From: an uncultured bacterium
Lineage (GTDB): Bacteria; Oederibacteriota; Oederibacteriia; Oederibacteriales; Oederibacteriaceae
Length of the DNA stretch: 64,000 nt
Direction of reading: 5' to 3'
Assembly: GCA_965112635.1 (NCBI GenBank)
Contig: OZ218778.1
Location: 224,001-288,000, forward strand
Shown: one piece after another, positions 30,482 through 43,799 of the stretch
Position numbering within the stretch: position 1 is the first letter of the stretch
Layout of the letters: each line of letters opens with the position of its first letter
Notes under the pieces: model-generated
What the model was told of the DNA's origin: nothing
Databases searched by the model: none
Seen by the model: only the letters and a program-made list of their open reading frames with translations
Made by a program: the position numbers and the translations under genes

Positions 30482-32674
30482 ATGATGAAAAGCAATAAAA
30501 CCAGGTTTTCCTTGGTCGGTTTTATTTTTTGTTCGCTATTGTTGTCCAACCCTAGCTGGGGGCAGGATGGCGCCAACAGCACCCTGGATGCATTGCGTCA
30601 TGACAGCAGCCCTGCGGCAGTTACTAAGAGCGCTATACCTGTAAGTGTGACCAAGACCGCTGCAACGGAGTCAACCGTGGCCGGTGAAGAAGTAGTGGTT
30701 AGAGGCAGGGCTGCCAACTTGCTGGGACTGGCAGACTCGGCCATGCAGGGCAGTGTCAGCCAGGAAGACCTGAGCCACCGTGCTTTGCTCAGGACGGGAG
30801 AAGTTATGGAAGCCGTACCCGGACTGCTCATCACACAGCACAGTGGTGACGGCAAAGCCAACCAGTATTTCAGCCGAGGTTTTAATCTTGATCACGGCAC
30901 TGATTTTTCATTCAATGCTGATGATGTTCCTATTAACCTGCCCAGCAATGCCCATGGTCAAGGCTATACAGACCTTAATTTCCTCATTCCCGATCTGGTT
31001 AAGGAAGTGAACTATTCCAAAGGACTTAATAGCGTTGAATACGGGGAATTTAATACCGCAGGCTCAGCCAATTTTGTTTATCCCAATACTCTGCCCCAAA
31101 ATATCGCTTCTCTGACCATGGGAGAATGGGGATATCAGAGAGGGCTTTTGGCCGCATCCAACCCCTTGGGGTCAGGGAATTTGTTGTACGCCGTGGAAGT
31201 TTGCGGTTATGACGGTCCCTGGGATGTCCCGGAAGATAATAAAAAATATAATGGATTGCTTCGCTACAGTTATGGAAACTCAGAGAGCAGGTGGGCGATC
31301 ACGGCATCCCTTTATCAGGCTGCCTGGACCTCCACTGACCAGGTCCCGCAACGAGCGGTGGACGAGGGTCTGATCGATTTCTGGGGCAGCCTTGATCCGA
31401 CTGATGGCGGTAAGACAAAACGCTACAGCGTTTGGGCAAGCTGGAATGGCCAATCCCAGGACTGCCAGTCCATGGTCATGGCCTATGAAACCTATTTTCA
31501 TATGAATCTTTGGAGCAACTTCACCTATTTTACTGACGATCCTGTTCACGGCGACCAGTTTGAACAGGAAGATGAGCGGTATATCACCGGCGCTAAAGCC
31601 AGGCAGATATACAACAACACTATCGCCGGGCTGGCCATGAAAAATGAGATCGGCGCGGATTTCCGCAATGATGACGTGCCCATCCTGGGCCTTTACGATA
31701 CGGAGGCTCATATTCCGTGGCAAACCGTCCAGCTTAACCAGATGGTCCAAACCAGCGGAGCTCCCTATGCGGAAAATACCACTTATTGGACACCATGGCT
31801 GAGAAGTATTTTGGGATACCGTCACGACTTCTTCCATTTCAAAGTTAACGGTGCTACTCCTGCTACCAGCGGAGAGGCTGATGCCAACATAGCCGAACCT
31901 AAGGTAGCCCTGGTGCTGCGGCCTTATGAAGGGCCGGTGGAGCTGTACGCCAACTATGGCTGGGGTTTTCACTCCAATGACGCGCGTATCATTGCGCCGG
32001 ATGCTTTAAATCAGTTAAGCATTATGGGCAACAATGTGAACACCGCTCCCCTGGTCCACGCGGAGGGAGAAGAAGTAGGCGCCCGTTTCGGCTGGCAGAA
32101 TTTATTTGAATCCACGGTATCTTTATGGCGCCTGCATCTGGATTCTGAATTGACTTTTGACGGAGACGCGGCCGCTCCCAGTCCCAATGGGCCTTCTACG
32201 CGTAATGGGGTGGAATGGTCCAATTCCTTGAGGCCTAAACCCTTTTTCCTGGATTTCGACTACTCCTGGTGCCAGGCGCGGTTTGATCAGACTGCGTTAG
32301 ATGATGATGGAGAGCACCCGGGTGAGTATGTGCCGGAGGCTCCGGTAAACATGGCTACAGCCACTTTAGGCACTGATCCCATAGAAGGCTGGTCTGCGGA
32401 CTGTCGTTTGCGTTACTTTGGGGCAAGGCCGCTGGTACCGGATAATTCGGTGCAATCCAGCGACCTGACACTGGTAAGTCTTCGTGTCAGCCGTCAGCTG
32501 ACGGAAAATCAATCCATTTTCTTCGATATTTTTAATCTTTTTAACCAGCGGGGTTATGATATTTCTTATTATTACGCCACAAGCGTACAGTCGGGAGCCC
32601 CGTCGATCCCGGACATAAACAGTAAACCCGCTGAGCCGCGGTCTTTGCGTGTGACCTGGCAGGACCGTTTCTAA
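30482..32674 (+). CDS. TonB-dependent outer membrane receptor, likely for nickel
   Basis: Signal peptide, TonB box EEVVVRG, plug QHSGDGKANQYFSRGFNLDHGTDF and terminal Phe. RBS GAGGAGG supports start 30482. Confidence 0.92.
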   Translation: MMKSNKTRFSLVGFIFCSLLLSNPSWGQDGANSTLDALRHDSSPAAVTKSAIPVSVTKTAATESTVAGEEVVVRGRAANLLGLADSAMQGSVSQEDLSHRALLRTGEVMEAVPGLLITQHSGDGKANQYFSRGFNLDHGTDFSFNADDVPINLPSNAHGQGYTDLNFLIPDLVKEVNYSKGLNSVEYGEFNTAGSANFVYPNTLPQNIASLTMGEWGYQRGLLAASNPLGSGNLLYAVEVCGYDGPWDVPEDNKKYNGLLRYSYGNSESRWAITASLYQAAWTSTDQVPQRAVDEGLIDFWGSLDPTDGGKTKRYSVWASWNGQSQDCQSMVMAYETYFHMNLWSNFTYFTDDPVHGDQFEQEDERYITGAKARQIYNNTIAGLAMKNEIGADFRNDDVPILGLYDTEAHIPWQTVQLNQMVQTSGAPYAENTTYWTPWLRSILGYRHDFFHFKVNGATPATSGEADANIAEPKVALVLRPYEGPVELYANYGWGFHSNDARIIAPDALNQLSIMGNNVNTAPLVHAEGEEVGARFGWQNLFESTVSLWRLHLDSELTFDGDAAAPSPNGPSTRNGVEWSNSLRPKPFFLDFDYSWCQARFDQTALDDDGEHPGEYVPEAPVNMATATLGTDPIEGWSADCRLRYFGARPLVPDNSVQSSDLTLVSLRVSRQLTENQSIFFDIFNLFNQRGYDISYYYATSVQSGAPSIPDINSKPAEPRSLRVTWQDRF

Positions 32675-32702
32675 CTAAATAATTAAGGAGGAAATTAACT
32701 AG

Positions 32703-33326
32703 ATGCAGACTATTTTGCAAAACTTGGCTCTGATCGGGGACGTCTGGGTCATCTACCTTTTGATCGCCGCAAGCCTGCTTTCTTTGGCGGTCATGGTGGA
32801 AAGATGGATGGTCTTCTCGCGTAACAGGGGAGATGTCACGGTTCTAATGGACGGATTAGGCGAACGCCTGGAAAAAAAGGATATCAAGGGGGCTCTGGAA
32901 TTTACCCGTGGTTTTCCCAATGTGGAGGGCAGGGTTGCCGTGGCGGGACTGGAGCATTTTTCCAAAGGCGCGGCTTCCGTGGAAGAGGCCATGTCCGCCA
33001 GGATCATCCGAGAGCGGAAGCATTTGGGGAAAAAACTGATCATCCTCAGCACGCTGGGCAATAACGCGCCCTTTATCGGGTTGTTCGGGACCGTGCTCGG
33101 TATCATCAAAGCGTTCAACGACCTTGCGGTCAGCGGAAGCTCGGGGGTGTCCGTGGTCATGGCCGGCATTTCCTCGGCTCTGATCGCCACGGCATTCGGC
33201 ATCGCGGTGGCTGTCCCCGCCGTCATAGCCAATAATTATTTCCGCAACCGGCTCAACGAGGTCAGATCCAACGCCGAAGAGGTGTCCAAAATGCTTTTGC
33301 TTTACATCAAAGCGCAGGGAAAGTAG
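32703..33326 (+). CDS. exbB: MotA/TolQ/ExbB proton channel
   Basis: APFIGLFGTVLGII and GISSALIATAFGIAVAVPA motifs. Confidence 0.9.
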   Translation: MQTILQNLALIGDVWVIYLLIAASLLSLAVMVERWMVFSRNRGDVTVLMDGLGERLEKKDIKGALEFTRGFPNVEGRVAVAGLEHFSKGAASVEEAMSARIIRERKHLGKKLIILSTLGNNAPFIGLFGTVLGIIKAFNDLAVSGSSGVSVVMAGISSALIATAFGIAVAVPAVIANNYFRNRLNEVRSNAEEVSKMLLLYIKAQGK

Positions 33327-33335
33327 GAGGAAGCC

Positions 33336-33734
33336 GTGCAAAACTCTGAAGACGAACAGGAAATAGTCGGCGGCATCAATATCACGCCCATGGTGGATAT
33401 CACCCTGGTACTGTTGATCATTTTCATGGTCACGGCGACCTTTATGGCGCAATCAGGCCTGAAAGTGAACCTTCCCAAGGCGGTCACTACCGAAGCGGCT
33501 TTCACCGCCAGCCTGACCGTAACCCTGGATTCCAAGGGTTATCTCTATCTGATGAAGTCACCCATAGATGAGAAAGGTCTCAGGGCTGCCCTGCAGCACG
33601 AAGTCAGGCTCAATCCCGGCGTGAAAGTTACCATTGCCGCAGACAAGAAACAATATTATGAGCAGGTCATCCATATCCTGGACCTGGTCAAGCAGGCGGG
33701 TATCAGTAAAGTGGCGCTAGCCGCGGAAAGGTAG
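33336..33734 (+). CDS. exbD: Biopolymer transport protein ExbD/TolR
   Basis: INITPMVDITLVLLIIFMVT motif. Confidence 0.92.
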   Translation: MQNSEDEQEIVGGINITPMVDITLVLLIIFMVTATFMAQSGLKVNLPKAVTTEAAFTASLTVTLDSKGYLYLMKSPIDEKGLRAALQHEVRLNPGVKVTIAADKKQYYEQVIHILDLVKQAGISKVALAAER

Positions 33735-33740
33735 GGCGGG

Positions 33741-34349
33741 TTGTTTTCTGTTTCCGGTGTGAATGGTGGGTGGCAGGACCCTGGAAGAAAAGATTTTTAT
33801 CTGGGCGCCGTGGTGTCATTGGCCGTGCATCTGGCGCTGCTTGCCATTTTTTACTGTTTATTTTCCTACCTGAAGAACAGCGCGCCTGTGTCCATGGACC
33901 TGGACCTTTCCGTGGCCCCTGCTGTGGTTCCCTTGAGCCGTCCCGTGAAAAAAGAACATGTGGTTCCGCCCCAAGCCTGGGTGGCGCCTAAAGCTGGGAT
34001 AGCTCCGACACCCCAAAATGTAAGTGAAACCGCCCAGCCGGTGGAAGAACAATATGTGCCCTCAGCCGTTACAGCGCTCAAGCCCCGCTGGTTAGACGGG
34101 TTTATTACCGATGAGGACTACCCGCCGCAGGCGCGGAGCAAAGGGGAAAAGGGAACGGTCAAGGCGGAAGTTTTTATTGATGCCTCAGGTATGGTCAAGG
34201 ATCTGAAAATAGTCCAGGAAAGTTATCCTGCCTTGAATGAGGTGGTTTTGCACAAATTAAAGGATGCCAAGTTTACGCCAGCCCGTGATGCCTCGGGAAA
34301 ACCTGTGCCCTGCAAGATGTTGCTGCCCATTAAATTTGAATTGTATTAA
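33741..34349 (+). CDS. tonB: Energy transducer TonB
   Basis: N-terminal TM anchor, Pro-rich linker, YPPQAR...GTV and C-terminal PIKFEL. Confidence 0.88.
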   Translation: MFSVSGVNGGWQDPGRKDFYLGAVVSLAVHLALLAIFYCLFSYLKNSAPVSMDLDLSVAPAVVPLSRPVKKEHVVPPQAWVAPKAGIAPTPQNVSETAQPVEEQYVPSAVTALKPRWLDGFITDEDYPPQARSKGEKGTVKAEVFIDASGMVKDLKIVQESYPALNEVVLHKLKDAKFTPARDASGKPVPCKMLLPIKFELY

Positions 34350-34431
34350 GATAGTTCTTGATTATGTTCAGGAAAAAGCTATTACCAAAACAGTGAAGCC
34401 ATCCTGCTGACTTTATGAAAGGATAAATTTT

Positions 34432-35451
34432 ATGCACATTCCTGACGGATATTTAGGACCGACCACCTGCGGATTTTTTTATGTGGTCATGGTGCCGATC
34501 TGGATGACCGCTTCCCGCATGGTCAAAAAGACCCTCAAGGCCGGTCAGATCCCTTTTCTGGCCATTGGCGCGGCTTTTAGCTTTGTCATTATGATGTTCA
34601 ATGTCCCCATCCCCGCTGGCTCTACCGGCCACGCGGTAGGCGGCGCCTTGATCGCCATCCTGCTCGGACCCTGGGGCGCCTGTCTGACCGTTTCCGTAGC
34701 CTTGGTCATCCAGGCCTTTTTGTTCGGAGATGGCGGCCTGACCGCCATCGGCGCCAACTGCTTTAATATGGCCGTCGTACTGCCCTTTTCTGCGTACCTT
34801 ATTTACCGGCTCTTGTCCGGCTCCGCCCAAAAAAGTCCGACCAGAAATGTCTGGGCCGCGGGTATCGCCGGCTACCTTTCCATCAATATCGCCGCTCTGT
34901 GCGCCGGTGTGGAGTTCGGCTTACAGCCTTTGCTCTACCATACCGCGGATGGACAGGCTCTTTACTGCCCGTTCGGCTTGAGCGTTGCAGTGCCGGCCAT
35001 GCTGGGCGGACACTTGCTGGTTTTTGGGTGGATAGAAGGCTTGGTCACCGCTCTGCTGGTCAAATATCTCCAACAGCACTCTCCTGAAATGCTCGCTCGC
35101 CCCGCCCTAAAAACTTCCACCAAATTATGGGCCTGTCTTGGCATCCTTGCGGTGCTGACCCCGTTAGGACTGCTCATCCCCGCCTGGCTCCACGGAGGAG
35201 ACGCCTGGGGTGAGTGGGCGCCTGAAGAAATACAAAAAATCGCCGGCTATGTTCCCCAGGGCCTGCAAAAACTTTCCGCGCTCTGGAATGCCCCTTTGGC
35301 TGACTATGGTTTTAAAAGCTGGGAAGGAAAAGGATTGGGATACTCAAGCCTAGCCTATATAATATCAGCCGTTCTAGGCGCAGCCCTGATCGCTTTTTGC
35401 GTCTGGTTATTGTTCAAATATCTCTTCCGGAAAGGCTTTTCCAAAAAATGA
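34432..35451 (+). CDS. cbiM: ECF Ni/Co transporter substrate component NikMN/CbiM, fused to a PDGLE/NikN domain
   Basis: MHIPDGYL N-terminus, GHAVGG and FGDGG; C-terminal AWGEW...APLADY. Confidence 0.9.
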   Translation: MHIPDGYLGPTTCGFFYVVMVPIWMTASRMVKKTLKAGQIPFLAIGAAFSFVIMMFNVPIPAGSTGHAVGGALIAILLGPWGACLTVSVALVIQAFLFGDGGLTAIGANCFNMAVVLPFSAYLIYRLLSGSAQKSPTRNVWAAGIAGYLSINIAALCAGVEFGLQPLLYHTADGQALYCPFGLSVAVPAMLGGHLLVFGWIEGLVTALLVKYLQQHSPEMLARPALKTSTKLWACLGILAVLTPLGLLIPAWLHGGDAWGEWAPEEIQKIAGYVPQGLQKLSALWNAPLADYGFKSWEGKGLGYSSLAYIISAVLGAALIAFCVWLLFKYLFRKGFSKK

Positions 35452-36254
35452 ATTTTGTGGAACGCACTATCCTGGCTGCTCTTTCCCTGCTGAAAAATTC
35501 CATGTTCGCCGAGGATATCGCCCGCCAAAAAGGGCTCTTACAAACACTGGACCCACGGGTCAAGGCTGTTTCTTTGCTGGCCTTGATCGTGCTGGTCCTG
35601 TTCACCAAAAACTTATGGGTACTGGCTTGTATTTATGGTCTATGTCTGGTCCTGGCTATGCTATCGAGGATCCGCCTGCTGTTTTTCCTGGAGCGCACCT
35701 GGATCTTTATCCCCCTGTTTTCCCTGCTCATCGCCATACCTGCTCTTTTTAGTTTTGTATCACCGGGCCGGCCTTTGTTCTCCTGGGGGATATGGACCAT
35801 CACCAGCCAGGGATTAGGCAGCGCCGTCATCTTTATCAGCCGCGTCATCACCTCGGTGTCCCTAGCCGTGCTTTTGAACCTGACCACCCGTCACCTGGAA
35901 CTGCTCAAGGTCCTTAGGATATTCGGGATCCCGCAAATGTTCGTCATGATCCTGTCCATGAGCTACCGTTATATTTTTCTTTTTGTGGAGATCATGGAAA
36001 ACACCCACCGGGCCGTGCAGAGCCGCGTCGGCTCGGCCATTCATTATAAAAAAGGTCAGCACCTGGTGGCCTGGAGCATGGCTGGCCTGTGGAGCCGTTC
36101 AGTCGGCCTGCAGGAACAGGTGCACCACGCCATGCTCTCCCGCGGATTTCAAGGCGAGCCGGTCCTCCTGCACCGCATGAGCACAAGGTTCAGGGACTGG
36201 GCCTGGCTGGCCTGCGTTCTCGTCCTGGTAGTCTGTTTGTGGGGAGCGTCCTGA
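35448..36254 (+). CDS. cbiQ: ECF transporter T component CbiQ/NikQ
   Basis: LDPRVK, YRYIF, SR and AMLSRGF motifs; 4-bp overlap with cbiM. Confidence 0.9.
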   Translation: MNFVERTILAALSLLKNSMFAEDIARQKGLLQTLDPRVKAVSLLALIVLVLFTKNLWVLACIYGLCLVLAMLSRIRLLFFLERTWIFIPLFSLLIAIPALFSFVSPGRPLFSWGIWTITSQGLGSAVIFISRVITSVSLAVLLNLTTRHLELLKVLRIFGIPQMFVMILSMSYRYIFLFVEIMENTHRAVQSRVGSAIHYKKGQHLVAWSMAGLWSRSVGLQEQVHHAMLSRGFQGEPVLLHRMSTRFRDWAWLACVLVLVVCLWGAS

Positions 36255-37066
36255 TGAAACCTATCTTTGAGTTTCAAAAAGTCAGCTATGCTTACCTGGG
36301 TAAATTCCCGGCCCTGCGGGACATCACTCTAACTATCCCGGCTGGAAAAATGGTCACCCTGGTCGGCGCCAACGGTTCGGGCAAATCCACGCTCCTGCAG
36401 ATGATGGACGGTCTTTTGTTCCCGGACAGCGGGACCATAGTTTTTGATGGCAGACAGCTGGCCAGCGCTGAACTGGAAAAACAGGACTTTTCCAAGACCT
36501 TTAGACAAAAGGTAGGACTGGTCTTCCAGAACCCCGACATCCAGCTTTTTTGTCCTACGGTCCGCGAGGATATTATTTTTGGTCCGCTCCAGCTGGGGAT
36601 AGACGAAAAAATAGTGATGAACCGATTGGAAGAGTTGGCCGTAGCCCTTAAACTCACGCCTCTCCTGGACCGTGCCCCGCATCAGTTGAGCATCGGCGAA
36701 AAACGCAAGGTGGCCATAGCCTCCACCCTGGCCATAGACCCTGAGGTTTTGCTTTTGGATGAACCCACAGCCGGCCTGGACCCCATGACCACGGCTTCCA
36801 TCCTGGAGATCCTGCTCACAGCCAATCAGTCAGGCAAGACCATTATTACAGCCACCCACGACCTGCATATTTTAGAGGAGATCGCGGACACAGTGTTCGT
36901 TTTCGGGCAGGATAAGACCATCGTCGCGGAAAGCACCCCCGAATCCATACTCAAGGATACGGACCTCCTGCAAGCGAACAACCTGGTGCATTTTCATCCG
37001 CACAGCCATAAAGGCAGGATGCACCAGCATCCCCACCAGCACCCGGACCACCACGAAGGAAGCTAA
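36254..37066 (+). CDS. cbiO: ECF transporter ATPase CbiO/NikO with His-rich tail
   Basis: GANGSGKST, FQNPDIQLF, LSIGEKRK and LDEPTAGLD; tail HFHPHSH...HQHPHQHPDHH. Confidence 0.9.
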   Translation: MKPIFEFQKVSYAYLGKFPALRDITLTIPAGKMVTLVGANGSGKSTLLQMMDGLLFPDSGTIVFDGRQLASAELEKQDFSKTFRQKVGLVFQNPDIQLFCPTVREDIIFGPLQLGIDEKIVMNRLEELAVALKLTPLLDRAPHQLSIGEKRKVAIASTLAIDPEVLLLDEPTAGLDPMTTASILEILLTANQSGKTIITATHDLHILEEIADTVFVFGQDKTIVAESTPESILKDTDLLQANNLVHFHPHSHKGRMHQHPHQHPDHHEGS

Positions 37067-37088
37067 AGCCCCTGTATTTGAAGGCTCT

Positions 37089-37481
37089 TTATCTAAGCTG
37101 TTCTATCCGCTTTTTCAGCTCATTGAATACATCCTGGAAGCTTTGCCTTTGTTCTTCCTGGGTCAGGCCCGGCCTGGCCGGGTCAGGCAAGCCCCAATGT
37201 ATCCTCTTGGCCTTGCCCAAAAATACCGGGCATTCCTCCTCCGCGCACAGGGTTATGACCGTATCCACCGTGGCGGGGTCTATCTCCTTCACGGATTTGG
37301 AGCGTTGTTGGGATAGGTCGATGCCAGCCTCCTGGGCAACTTGGATGGCCAGTGGATGGACCCGTGAAGGCTTGGACCCGGCGCTTTGCACCATGACCTC
37401 GGGCCCCAAGATATGCCTGGCCAATCCTTCAGCCATCTGGCTGCGCGCCGAATTGCCCACGCAAAGGAAAAGTATCTTCAT
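37089..37481 (-). CDS. arsC: Arsenate reductase (thioredoxin-coupled, LMW-PTP fold)
   Basis: [16 protein letters not shown]....CP and HWGLPDP motifs. Confidence 0.92.
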   Translation of the reverse strand: MKILFLCVGNSARSQMAEGLARHILGPEVMVQSAGSKPSRVHPLAIQVAQEAGIDLSQQRSKSVKEIDPATVDTVITLCAEEECPVFLGKAKRIHWGLPDPARPGLTQEEQRQSFQDVFNELKKRIEQLR

Positions 37482-38539
37482 GGCTTCCCTTCCTTAAAAT
37501 AGGCCCTCTTGAAATACAACGCCACATTGACCAGGCTGATCAAGACCGGCACCTCGACCAAGGGGCCGATGACCGCGGTAAAGGCCACTGCCGAACCAAT
37601 GCCGAACACGGCCACCGCTACCGCGATGGCCAGCTCAAAATTGTTGCTGGCCGCGGTAAAAGACAATGAAGCGGTCTGGGCGTAACCGGCCTTGAATTTT
37701 CTGCCCAGGTAAAAGGAGATAAAGAACATCACCACAAAATAGACCAGGAGCGGCATGGCGATACGCAGGACATCCAGCGGAATGCGGACTATGGTCCCTC
37801 CCCTGAGCGAAAACATCACGACGATCGTAAAGAGCAAAGCAATGAGCATGATAGGACTGATACGGGGAATGAATTTATTTTGGTACCACTCTTTGCCTTT
37901 GGCCCGGATCAGGAAGATGCGCGTGAACAACCCGGCCAGGAAAGGGATACCGAGATAGATAAAAACGCTCTTGGCGATCTGTGCGATGGTCACGGGTACC
38001 GCGGCTCCGGCCAGGCCAAACCATCTCGGCAGGACCGTGATAAAGACCCAGGCAAATACGGAAAAAAACAGGACCTGGAATATGGAGTTAAAAGCCACCA
38101 GCCCGGCGCAGTATTCGCTGTCCCCGCAGGCCAGCTCGTTCCAGACAATGACCATGGCAATGCACCGGGCCAGTCCTATCAGGATGAGGCCGATCATGTA
38201 TTCGGGGTAGTGGCGCAGGAACAGGACAGCCAGGCTGAACATCAGGATAGGCCCAATGACCCAGTTGAGAACAAGGGACAGGATCAGGACCTTGATATTT
38301 TTGAACACATCTCCCAGTTCCTCGTATTTGACCTTGGCCAATGGCGGGTACATCATCAGGATAAGCCCGATGGCTATGGGAATATTTGTCGTACCCGAGG
38401 AAAAGCCGTTGACCAGAGATGAAATGCCCGAATAAAAATATCCTATGCCCACGCCCATCCCCATAGCCAGAAATATCCACAGGGTTAAATAACGGTCCAG
38501 GAAGGAAAGTTTTTTAAGAAGACTATTTGGGGGTTTCAT
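37478..38539 (-). CDS. acr3: Arsenite efflux transporter, ACR3 family
   Basis: [32 protein letters not shown] and GPLVEVP motifs. Confidence 0.95.
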   Translation of the reverse strand: MKPPNSLLKKLSFLDRYLTLWIFLAMGMGVGIGYFYSGISSLVNGFSSGTTNIPIAIGLILMMYPPLAKVKYEELGDVFKNIKVLILSLVLNWVIGPILMFSLAVLFLRHYPEYMIGLILIGLARCIAMVIVWNELACGDSEYCAGLVAFNSIFQVLFFSVFAWVFITVLPRWFGLAGAAVPVTIAQIAKSVFIYLGIPFLAGLFTRIFLIRAKGKEWYQNKFIPRISPIMLIALLFTIVVMFSLRGGTIVRIPLDVLRIAMPLLVYFVVMFFISFYLGRKFKAGYAQTASLSFTAASNNFELAIAVAVAVFGIGSAVAFTAVIGPLVEVPVLISLVNVALYFKRAYFKEGKP

Positions 38540-38584
38540 TTACACCATACTTTGAAATTAAAGTGTGTTTTGTTTTGGAAGGTC

Positions 38585-40675
38585 CTAAACGGTGTTTAAA
38601 AGCTCAATCAGTTCCCCGACCTCAAAAGGTTTCCTAAGGCTTCCGTTAAATCCGTATTTCTTGGGTTCCACGATCACCGGGTCATTGTAATATCCGCTGG
38701 AGACGAACACCGCCAGGTTTGGGGCGAACCCCCTGATCTTCTCGACCGCCTCCTTGCCTCCCATGCCCATGGGGATGGTAAGGTCCAGGATCACCGCCAT
38801 AAAAGGTTCCTTTTGATGCTCCGGGTTTTTTAAAAACTCTAGGGCCTCTTTTCCGTCCTTGGCGCCGATGGGAGCGCACCCCAGGGTGATGAGCGTCCGG
38901 GCCAGCATTTTGACCACATCCGGCTCGTCGTCCATGATCAATATCTTGCCTGTCTTTTTCAGGTTAAACACCTTCTGAGCCGCATCCTCCGGCAAAGGCT
39001 TTTGGGAAGCAGGCAGGTAAACATGGAAGGTGGACCCTTTGAGCGGAATGGATTCTACATCGATACAGCCGCCATGATTTTTGACGATGGAATAGGCTGA
39101 GGTCAATCCCAGGCCGCGTCCTCCGATCTTGGTGGTGTAGTAGGGGTCAAAAATGCGTAGCTGCACCTCCGGCGCTATCCCTGTCCCGTTGTCCCTGAAG
39201 GAAACCCTGACATAATTTCCTTCCGGCAAACTGGGATGCTGCTTGGCCAGGAGGGTCACGTTTTCCGCCGTCACTTTAAGGCTCCCTCCGCCGGGCATGG
39301 CCTGGACCGCGTTGAGGAGGATATTTTCAAAGACCTGCCCTATCTGATTCTCGTCATAATCCAGGGACCACAAACCTTGTTCGATCCTGAACTCCGGACG
39401 GATACGGGACCCGCTCAGGGTGAACTGGACGACACTGGGGATGAATTTGGCCAAAGTGCCCGTCTTTTTGGTCGGAGCCCCTCCTCTGGAAAAGGTGATC
39501 AGTTGGTTGGTGATGGACCGGGCCCGTTCCATGGTCTTGAGGGAATCGCTGAGGCACTCCAGCATATCCTGCCGTTTGGGGTCCATGCGCAAAAGCTGCA
39601 GGTTGCCGTAAATAATACTGAGCAGGTTGTTGAAATCGTGGGCGATGCCCGCGGCCAGGATGCCGATGGACTCCAGCTGCTGGGTCTTTTGGAGCTGCAG
39701 TTCGTATTTCTCGTGCTCTTCAACGGCCCGCTTGCGGTCCGTGATGTTGCGGCAAAAGGATACAATATCCTTGACCCCTCCGCCGGTTGTTTCCACCGTG
39801 GCATTGATCACGACATGGACGCGGGTGCCGTCGCGGTGCTGGTAAATTGTCTCAAAATCATTGAGATACCCCTGCCGGGCGCACAGAGCCACCGCCCGGG
39901 CGTCCTTTTCCTTCTCCTGGGGAGCGGTCCATTCGATGACCGAATGCCCCACCACTTCTTCTGCACGATTAAAACCTGCGAGGCGGCAGTAGGGTTCGTT
40001 GGCCGCCCGGACCACCCCGTGGTCATCGGTGACCGCAAACCCTGTATCCGTATTGTCCAAAAGCTGGCGGTATCTCGTTTCGCTTTCCAAAAGCTCCCTT
40101 TCCGTCTTTTGGCGCCGGGCCAGTTCATCCTGGGCTTGGCTTAGGTTTTTCCTCATGTTGGTCGTAAGAACATCGACGGCAAAAGCCCACACCGTCAGGA
40201 TAATGGTGATGACAATAAAGTCAAAACCAAAGGTTTCCGGGATGGGCAGCGGCTGGTACCATCCGTATTTTTGGCCGAAAACCAGCCAGGCGAGAGAGGC
40301 CAAGACCAGGCCGACCGTGATCATCAAAGCGGTCCGTCCGAGGGTGAGCCCGGCGACCACAAAGATTACTGGAATAGCGAGGATTCCAACATCCCTGTAG
40401 CCCTGGCCATAAGTCGCAAAAAGCACCAGGATGACCAGCTGAAAAAAGATAAGGACCCAGTTGCCCAAAATAGTCTTGCCCCGTAACAACAGGATAAAGG
40501 GAACAAGTTGAAGGATACTTCCAATGATAGCGACCGCGATCTCATAAGGCTCCTTATCCAGGATGCCGGTAAGGATGAGAAAAGCATAGGCTATCCAGGC
40601 GACTGTCATCAGGGTGAAAAGAACCCGGCGGTTTTGTCTGTCCTGGACGCTTTCAATATTGTTTGGCAAGGTCAA
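38585..40675 (-). CDS. Membrane-bound PAS hybrid sensor histidine kinase/response regulator
   Basis: About 6 TM helices, a PAS domain, H-box AHDFNNLL, HATPase G boxes and receiver MDDE...LDLTIP...KPF. Confidence 0.92.
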   Translation of the reverse strand: MTLPNNIESVQDRQNRRVLFTLMTVAWIAYAFLILTGILDKEPYEIAVAIIGSILQLVPFILLLRGKTILGNWVLIFFQLVILVLFATYGQGYRDVGILAIPVIFVVAGLTLGRTALMITVGLVLASLAWLVFGQKYGWYQPLPIPETFGFDFIVITIILTVWAFAVDVLTTNMRKNLSQAQDELARRQKTERELLESETRYRQLLDNTDTGFAVTDDHGVVRAANEPYCRLAGFNRAEEVVGHSVIEWTAPQEKEKDARAVALCARQGYLNDFETIYQHRDGTRVHVVINATVETTGGGVKDIVSFCRNITDRKRAVEEHEKYELQLQKTQQLESIGILAAGIAHDFNNLLSIIYGNLQLLRMDPKRQDMLECLSDSLKTMERARSITNQLITFSRGGAPTKKTGTLAKFIPSVVQFTLSGSRIRPEFRIEQGLWSLDYDENQIGQVFENILLNAVQAMPGGGSLKVTAENVTLLAKQHPSLPEGNYVRVSFRDNGTGIAPEVQLRIFDPYYTTKIGGRGLGLTSAYSIVKNHGGCIDVESIPLKGSTFHVYLPASQKPLPEDAAQKVFNLKKTGKILIMDDEPDVVKMLARTLITLGCAPIGAKDGKEALEFLKNPEHQKEPFMAVILDLTIPMGMGGKEAVEKIRGFAPNLAVFVSSGYYNDPVIVEPKKYGFNGSLRKPFEVGELIELLNTV

Positions 40676-40691
40676 GGTCGCTTCCCTTTCT

Positions 40692-43799
<3,108 letters not shown>

